Shown here: positions 1-5,934 of the stretch, piece by piece
How the letters are laid out: every line of letters starts with the position of its first letter
How positions within the stretch are numbered: position 1 is the first letter of the stretch
Assembly: GCA_964447765.1 (NCBI GenBank)
Contig: CAYUTO010000002.1
Span: 148,316 to 212,315 of the forward strand
Direction: 5' to 3'
DNA: 64,000 nt
Source of the DNA: an uncultured Gammaproteobacteria bacterium
GTDB lineage: Bacteria > Patescibacteriota > Patescibacteriia > Magasanikbacterales > UBA922
Position numbers and translations under genes: made by a program
The notes under the pieces: generated by a model
What the model was told of the DNA's origin: nothing
The model's input: the letters and a program-made list of their open reading frames with translations, nothing else
The model's database searches: none

Positions 1-124
1 ACGGCGTGGTCGCACGACGCGGCCCCCAATACTGGAGAATGGGCGATGTTTCGAAAGAAATATCGCCCCTCGCACAACGCATATCAGTCTCTGGTATACG
101 ATGACGAGAAAAGCAGTAGATACC

Positions 125-153
125 TTGACAAACGAGCTTATATATGCTATAAT
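125..153 (+). promoter_or_regulatory. sigma70-type promoter upstream of Cys-rich lipoprotein 1
   Basis: TTGACA 125-130, 17-bp spacer, TG extension 145-146, TATAAT 148-153: perfect consensus. Confidence 0.85.
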
Positions 154-444
154 AAGCTGTTATAAAATAAAGAAGTGCCAGGGGAGTAGGTATAGGTACC
201 TAAGTCCACGGTAGGCCATCATAGATACTATGGTGACCCATACGAACCTTACAATTTACGCGAAAATGCAAATAGGGTAAAGAACAGGTCTAAGCTATCC
301 GTGGCGTGAAGAAAGAAGTCTTATACAAGAATTTTTTCTTAGCGTCACGAGGTAGTTCAAGGCGTGAACTCCTCGTGTAGTACGAGAGAGTATAGTTCTA
401 AAACCCCCAAAGACCGGCATCAAAAACCGGCAAAGGCAAACGTC

Positions 445-1782
445 ATGAAGAAGATCAATGTCATGCTCGACCGCATCTGCGGTGTCATCATGCTCCCGGC
501 CCTCATCGTCATCCTGTTCACGCTCACGACCGCCTACGGCGGCTGCGCGGACCACGGCGGCGCCGAAACGGTCATCCAGAAGGGAGACAAGGGCGAGCAG
601 GGTGAACCTGGTACGCCCGGCACGAACGGCACCGATGGTGTCGATGGTGAGAAGGGCGACCCCGGCGAGCCGGGACCGCAAGGTCCGCAGGGCGAAGACG
701 GCGAGGACGCGGTCCTCCCGTTCGAGGTGTGCGCCTCGGTGGCCGACTGTGTCGGTACCGAGAAGTGCACGAGTCAGGGGCTCTGCATCGAGCCCGGAGC
801 CACCGGACCGCAAGGTCCGCAGGGTAATTCGGGCGAAGATGGCGAAGATGGCGAGGACGGCGAAGACGCGGTCCTCCCGTTCGAGCGCTGCTCAAGCGAC
901 AACGACTGCGACCAGAACGAGGACTGCAATTCGCAGGGCCTCTGCCTGCCGCAGGCGACCACCGAGTGCTCGGTTGGCCAGGTGCAAACCTCGGCTTGCG
1001 GAGTGAACAATCGTGGTTCGCAGACGCGAGTTTGCGGAAGCAATGGCAGCTGGGGCTCGTGGAGTGCGTGCAACAGCACGGACGTGTGTGTCGATGGACA
1101 GATTCGTTCCGTCGAGTGCGCCTCGGGTCACGTGGGCAACTACCCCGAAGAGCGATGTGTCAATGGTCACTGGCAGATGTACGGCGCGTGCAACAACGAC
1201 GCGCAGTGCACGGTCGGCGAGACTGAATACACCGACTGCGGCCTCAACAACAATGGAAACCGAGTGCGTACTTGCACGAGCGACCGTAGCTGGAGCTCGT
1301 GGGGCGCGTGCAACGATCCGGACGTCTGCGTCGATGGCGCGGTCGAAACTCAGTCCTGCGGCACCAACAACGCCGGTACGCGTCAGCGCACCTGTGGTGG
1401 TGGTCAGTGGGGTAGCTGGGGAACGACTTGCGTTATGCCGCAGGGTGAGCTCGTGACCATCACGGTCACCTCACCTCAGGCAGCTGAGGCGCACGTCTAC
1501 TACGGCGATGGGTTCGACGACTTCGGGAACACGACCTTCACGGTCTCGGTTCCGAAGTCGGAAGCCTGTAGCTGGGGAGTCGAGGTTGACCTTCGCGTCG
1601 CGAAGTCGACCAAGGAAACGATGCCCTGGTACAACTGCACCGCACAGGACGCGAGCGTGCCGAGTTTCTCGGGCGTGAAGGTCTTCGTGAACGGTACAGA
1701 GATCGTCTGGACCATCGTCTCCCATCCGTGGGAGTGCGGGGGTAACCTGCAGGTCACCCGAGCGCAGCTCGGCTGTCTGTAA
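445..1782 (+). CDS. GC-rich Cys-rich lipoprotein 1 (collagen-like Gly-X-Y repeats, WGxW Cys repeats, shared C-terminal 4-Cys domain)
   Basis: ORF 364-1782; likely start ATG 445 after AAAGG; hydrophobic signal ending YGG-C; GEP/GPQ triplets; repeated C-G-x-NN-x-G...WGSWxAC modules; ends GNLQVTRAQLGCL. Confidence 0.8.
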   Translation: MKKINVMLDRICGVIMLPALIVILFTLTTAYGGCADHGGAETVIQKGDKGEQGEPGTPGTNGTDGVDGEKGDPGEPGPQGPQGEDGEDAVLPFEVCASVADCVGTEKCTSQGLCIEPGATGPQGPQGNSGEDGEDGEDGEDAVLPFERCSSDNDCDQNEDCNSQGLCLPQATTECSVGQVQTSACGVNNRGSQTRVCGSNGSWGSWSACNSTDVCVDGQIRSVECASGHVGNYPEERCVNGHWQMYGACNNDAQCTVGETEYTDCGLNNNGNRVRTCTSDRSWSSWGACNDPDVCVDGAVETQSCGTNNAGTRQRTCGGGQWGSWGTTCVMPQGELVTITVTSPQAAEAHVYYGDGFDDFGNTTFTVSVPKSEACSWGVEVDLRVAKSTKETMPWYNCTAQDASVPSFSGVKVFVNGTEIVWTIVSHPWECGGNLQVTRAQLGCL

Positions 1783-2049
1783 ACAACGCATTTCGCGTAA
1801 AGCTTTGAGTAAATAGCGACGTACTCAAAGTTCAATTCAACCAAGTCGCGGTAGGCAGGACTCGCTGGTGAAATACACTAGCTGGAGTCCTGCCTACCAC
1901 TCCAACATATCTTTATCAACATTCAGAACTCAGATTACAGTGAGCGACTAGTGAAAAATTGGTAAAGAGATGTGGGAATGAAAATTGCAAGTCCATCGAA
2001 AGATGGTTCGATGTTACCCTAACCGCGTGGACAGAAATGTTACGCGCGG

Positions 2050-2075
2050 AAAAAACCCGCGTATGCGGGTTTTTT
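2050..2075 (+). terminator. intrinsic terminator (bidirectional type)
   Basis: AAAAAACCCGC-GTAT-GCGGGTTTTTT perfect hairpin with U-tract. Confidence 0.7.
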
Positions 2076-2164
2076 GAAAACTATCTCACACTCTTGCAAC
2101 ATGAATATGTGGTGTATCAAGAGTGGGAGAGAGAATTTTTTTTACAACACCCACGGAGAAGCTC

Positions 2165-3157
2165 ATGCCTACTTGGTTTCTTATTTTGATGGCACTGCTC
2201 CTCGGAGCATGCCAAGATGCAGTTGTCGGAGGAATCCGGCAGCTCGACGAAACCTCCAACCTCATGTTGTCAGAAGACAGTCGAGATACCTGGGTCGCGG
2301 AAGATGCCTACCCGGACACCATGATCGAGGATCCAACGATCGTGACTGATGCAACTCCCTACGACACCACTTCTGAAGTGGATACGAGGGACGTGGCAGA
2401 CACGGTCGCGGAAGTCGACGTGATCATTCCGGATTCAACTCCGGAGACGATCGAAGACATCGGACAAGAAGTCGTAGATACGACCGTGCCAGAAACCATC
2501 GGGGATACTGCGTCTGTACCTGATACGGTACTCGAGGTCGATACTGCTACGCCGGAGTGCGAAGATGACTTCGGTTGTGAAGATGACGACGACTGTACTC
2601 TCGACTCCTGCGAGAATTTCTCGTGCGTGCACGAGGAGAATACTTTGTGTGTCGCAGATACTGATGGTGATGGAATCGTTGATATCGATGACGTCTGTCC
2701 GCTGCAGCCCGAGTACTTCGATTACTTCGAAGACGACGATGGTTGTCCCGAGGCAGATCAAGATCATGATGGCTATACTCCTCTCGAAGGAGATTGCGGT
2801 GATGATCCGTCTCTCGGGAACGACCCGGCATCGTTCTGCTGGAACGAGTATGATGGCTACAATCTGCGCATACACTTCGGTGTAGGTGCAGACGAGCGGC
2901 CGTCGTGCGACTTCTACTACGACGATGGCGAGTTTGTCGAAGGAGTGTTCTTCTTCGAGACCAATGGTGCATTCCTGATCGGCCCGCACATCGCGGGGAG
3001 TGATACTCCGGGTGACGGAGTGGACCAAGATTGTGACGGGTCAGCAGACGATCCAGGAGAGTACGGACTCACGGAGCCCGACTGCATCTGGTGGCTCTTC
3101 GAAGACGACTCTAAAGAGGTCTCGTGTTGGTGGATGGAATTCGTCCCCACACCCTAG
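2165..3157 (+). CDS. GC-rich acidic lipoprotein 2 with Ca-binding (TSP3-like) and MopE-like metal-binding motifs
   Basis: ORF 2123-3157; ATG 2165 after GGAG; signal ending LLGA-C; DT-rich acidic linker; DTDGDGIVDIDDVCP; DQDHDGY...GDC and PGDGVDQDCDG. Confidence 0.75.
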   Translation: MPTWFLILMALLLGACQDAVVGGIRQLDETSNLMLSEDSRDTWVAEDAYPDTMIEDPTIVTDATPYDTTSEVDTRDVADTVAEVDVIIPDSTPETIEDIGQEVVDTTVPETIGDTASVPDTVLEVDTATPECEDDFGCEDDDDCTLDSCENFSCVHEENTLCVADTDGDGIVDIDDVCPLQPEYFDYFEDDDGCPEADQDHDGYTPLEGDCGDDPSLGNDPASFCWNEYDGYNLRIHFGVGADERPSCDFYYDDGEFVEGVFFFETNGAFLIGPHIAGSDTPGDGVDQDCDGSADDPGEYGLTEPDCIWWLFEDDSKEVSCWWMEFVPTP

Positions 3158-3251
3158 ACCTGCAGCACGCGGGGAGGAAAGCGCTATATACGGCTAGCCA
3201 TACGTGGCTTCCGATAGCGCCGACCTCTCCCGCGTACACTTACTCTATCGT

Positions 3252-3280
3252 TTGACAGTTCCTAGTTTTTATGCTAGGTT
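3252..3280 (+). promoter_or_regulatory. sigma70-type promoter upstream of lipoprotein 3
   Basis: TTGACA 3252-3257, 17 bp, TG-C-TAGGTT 3272-3280 (a TATAAT also lies at 3280-3285). Confidence 0.65.
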
Positions 3281-3348
3281 ATAATGTATTTTGAACTTCG
3301 CATTTCGGCTGTCTGTACTATAAAAATAGTACAGGTGTACGGTATGCG

Positions 3349-3385
3349 GCACTTGAAAAATATTCGAGTGCTGGATCTTTGAAAA
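3349..3385 (+). promoter_or_regulatory. hairpin plus boxA-like antitermination motif
   Basis: GCACTTGAA-AAATA-TTCGAGTGC then GATCTTTGAAAA, similar to rrn boxA GTTCTTTGAAAA. Confidence 0.55.
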
Positions 3386-3612
3386 AATAGAAACGCACAG
3401 TCCAGATAGGAACTATTCGTCTGCCACAGTGGCAAGGACGTATGTACTATCGAGAGACTGTAAAGGAGGTATAGACAGCAAAGGTTTTGCTGTCTAGAAA
3501 TGTGGGTATCCTTAGAGTACAAGTCCGGATAAACAGTCGTCACAAGTCGTGGCGAGCATGTGAAATCTGGATGAACTGCCACACACCAAACACACGTGGC
3601 AAGGGGAATATC

Positions 3613-5442
3613 ATGAAGTTCAATACCAAGCCCATCATCCTGATGGGCTCCGCTCTGCTCGCACTCGCGAGTCTGAGCAGTGGGTGCGCTGATCACACGC
3701 CGGATGAGCTGGTCGTGGTCCAAGCGCCGGTCGTCGACATCGACAACGACGGAGTTCTCGACAATCTCGACAACTGCGACGATGTGCCGAACGAAGACCA
3801 AGCTGATACCGACAACAACGGTGTCGGTGATGCCTGTCAGGCAGACGACGACAGCGACGGTCACCTCGATGGTGCCGACAACTGCCCGCTCGTTTCGAAC
3901 AGTGACCAGCACAACCACGACGGCCCGGGCAACCTCAACTCGATCGTGACGACCGACACCATGGGTGACGCGTGCGATCCCGACGACGACAACGACGGGA
4001 TCTGCGATCAGGATGTGCCGGAAGGTACGGTTGGATGCGTCTACTACGACGATCATCCGGACAACTGCGAGGGTACGCCCAATCCGTTGCAGGAAGACCT
4101 CGACAACGACTACTTCGGCGACGCCTGCGACAACGACTGGGATGGTGACAACGTCCACAATGACGATGACACCTGCCCGTTCCTGCGCAACCAGGGTGAA
4201 GGACCGCAGAAGGACTCGGACAGCGACGGCGACGGCGACCTGTGCGACGATGATGACGATGGCGACGGTATCCCCGACGTCAGCGACAATTGTCCTCTGC
4301 ACTGCAACCCCGAGCAGGTCAACATGGACACCAGCGACGGTAACACCGATACCGAGGGAGATATCTTCGGCGACGAGTGCGACACCGATCCTGATGGCGA
4401 CGGCGTCATGAACTTCCACATGTGGCAGATGCCGCCGTGGTCGTGCGATGACGACGACAACTGCACGGTCGATCTCGACTGCGGTGACGACGACAACTGC
4501 ACCGACGACTGGTGCTACATGCCAGAAGATGGCAACGTCACCGCGAACTACTGGACCTGCCAGAACACCATCGACCTCGAGAACGAGGGTTGTATGGAGC
4601 CGCAGTGCTCCACCAACACCGACTGCCCGAGCGATGGTAACCCGTGCACCGACGAATGGTGCGACATGGGTGTCTGTGCGGTCTTGAACAACACGGCATC
4701 TTGTGCCGACTCCGACCTCTGCGATGGGGCCGAAGTCTGCGCCGGTGGTGTGTGTACGGACCAGGCGGATCTGGTCTGCAACGACAACAACTCCTGCACC
4801 GACGACACTTGTGTCCCGGCTACGGGTTGTTCCTACATGAGCGACGACACGAACGTGTGCGTCGACGCCAACCTCTGTAACGGCACTGAGACTTGCGTCT
4901 CGGGCGTCTGTACCGATCAGGCGGATCTGAGCTGCAACGACGAGGATGGCACTACGGCCGACTCGTGCGATCCCTCCACGGGATGCGTGCATACTCCGAT
5001 CGGAGGAGCGTGCACGGTCAATGCGAACTGCAACGACGGTGATCCGTTGACCTACGACACGTGCGTCTCGCTCGTCTGCCAGTATGCGCCGGGCATTCGC
5101 GTGCAGGTCTCGTCGACCGATGTGTCGGAGGCTTGGCAGGTCAACTTCTACTACAACGGCACGACGATCTCCGGCAACCTGCCCTTCGACGGCACCTTGC
5201 CGAAGACTCAGTCCTGTGACTGGGGTGTCGATCTCGCGGTCAATCGTCCCAGTACCAACCTGTACTGGGATTGCAACCCGGGGTTCCCCTCGAAGTCGAC
5301 CTTGACCGTCATGGTCAACGGCGTCACGAAGACGAACCAGTTCATGCAGCGCGCTTCGGCATGCGGCAATGCTGCACCGGGCAACCTGTACCTGTCGGAC
5401 GAGACGGGGGACAACGACCTCGGCTGCCCGGCCGCTCCTTAG
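3613..5442 (+). CDS. GC-rich Cys-rich lipoprotein 3 (thrombospondin type-3 repeats, CxDxxxCTxDxC repeats, shared C-terminal 4-Cys domain)
   Basis: ORF 3487-5442; ATG 3613 after AAGGGG; lipobox LSSG-C; many DxDxDGxGDAC / DNCP..NxDQ repeats; ends GNLYLS...LGCPAAP. Confidence 0.85.
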   Translation: MKFNTKPIILMGSALLALASLSSGCADHTPDELVVVQAPVVDIDNDGVLDNLDNCDDVPNEDQADTDNNGVGDACQADDDSDGHLDGADNCPLVSNSDQHNHDGPGNLNSIVTTDTMGDACDPDDDNDGICDQDVPEGTVGCVYYDDHPDNCEGTPNPLQEDLDNDYFGDACDNDWDGDNVHNDDDTCPFLRNQGEGPQKDSDSDGDGDLCDDDDDGDGIPDVSDNCPLHCNPEQVNMDTSDGNTDTEGDIFGDECDTDPDGDGVMNFHMWQMPPWSCDDDDNCTVDLDCGDDDNCTDDWCYMPEDGNVTANYWTCQNTIDLENEGCMEPQCSTNTDCPSDGNPCTDEWCDMGVCAVLNNTASCADSDLCDGAEVCAGGVCTDQADLVCNDNNSCTDDTCVPATGCSYMSDDTNVCVDANLCNGTETCVSGVCTDQADLSCNDEDGTTADSCDPSTGCVHTPIGGACTVNANCNDGDPLTYDTCVSLVCQYAPGIRVQVSSTDVSEAWQVNFYYNGTTISGNLPFDGTLPKTQSCDWGVDLAVNRPSTNLYWDCNPGFPSKSTLTVMVNGVTKTNQFMQRASACGNAAPGNLYLSDETGDNDLGCPAAP

Positions 5443-5443
5443 A

Positions 5444-5648
5444 ACCTCTCCTGCCTCGGCAGGAGACACCACGAAGCGATGTATGATTCGCTTCTGTAGG
5501 TGACGTTCGACGACGATCATACAACAACCCGGGGAAGTGCGCGTGCTACGGCACCCGCTTCCCCCTCTCTACTCTGAATTCAAGTACGATCTTGAAGATA
5601 GAGTAAAGAATAACAAAAAACTCCTGAGAATATTCAGGAGTTTTTTGT
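5444..5648 (+). repeat. ~205-bp structured 3' trailer, copy 1 (candidate ncRNA / 3' UTR element ending in a terminator)
   Basis: near-identical to 8229-8430; five hairpins, the last AAAAAACTCCTGA...TCAGGAGTTTTTT. Confidence 0.9.
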
Positions 5649-5671
5649 ATGGTAAAGGTGGGTATTTTGTC

Positions 5672-5700
5672 TTGACTTATTTCTTTTTGTGTGCTAGATT
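5672..5700 (+). promoter_or_regulatory. sigma70-type promoter upstream of lipoprotein 4
   Basis: TTGACT 5672-5677, 17 bp, TG-C-TAGATT 5692-5700. Confidence 0.65.
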
Positions 5701-5763
5701 ATCCTGTATTTTGAAAATCCCTGTAGCGTGTGTATTTTTTGTGTGCTAAGTACGTATGCTATG

Positions 5764-5805
5764 TCGCTCGAAGTATATTCGAGCGATTAGATGTTCTTTA
5801 CAGAA
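5764..5805 (+). promoter_or_regulatory. hairpin plus boxA-like antitermination motif
   Basis: TCGCTCGAA-GTATA-TTCGAGCGA then TGTTCTTTACAGAA. Confidence 0.55.
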
Positions 5806-5934
5806 TAGTTAGTTATTTTCACAGTCAGAGGATGGGTGTACGTATAGAGAAATACGTGTGTATATCCACCCTCTGACTGCGGAAGTTCCACAAGTTAGAG
5901 TTCGTGAGGCTAGTGTTCAAAGGAAGTCTTTAGA

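Noticed and set aside
1985-2025. c-di-GMP-I or cobalamin riboswitch
   Set aside because: GCAA-stem-GAAA-stem resembles c-di-GMP-I P2, but the following GACGCAAAG/P3 elements are missing, and no B12 box is present.
3274-5520. 748-aa minus-strand ORF and other long overlapping ORFs across 295-8312, 18033-19170 and 35504-36071
   Set aside because: These are shadow frames of GC-rich, GAC/TGC-rich coding strands. They are V/A/R-rich with no motifs, and the opposite frames have lipoboxes, SDs and recognisable repeats.
5473-5523. Known self-cleaving ribozyme (hammerhead, twister, pistol, HDV)
   Set aside because: I could not find their conserved cores by eye; kept only as an unassigned pseudoknot.
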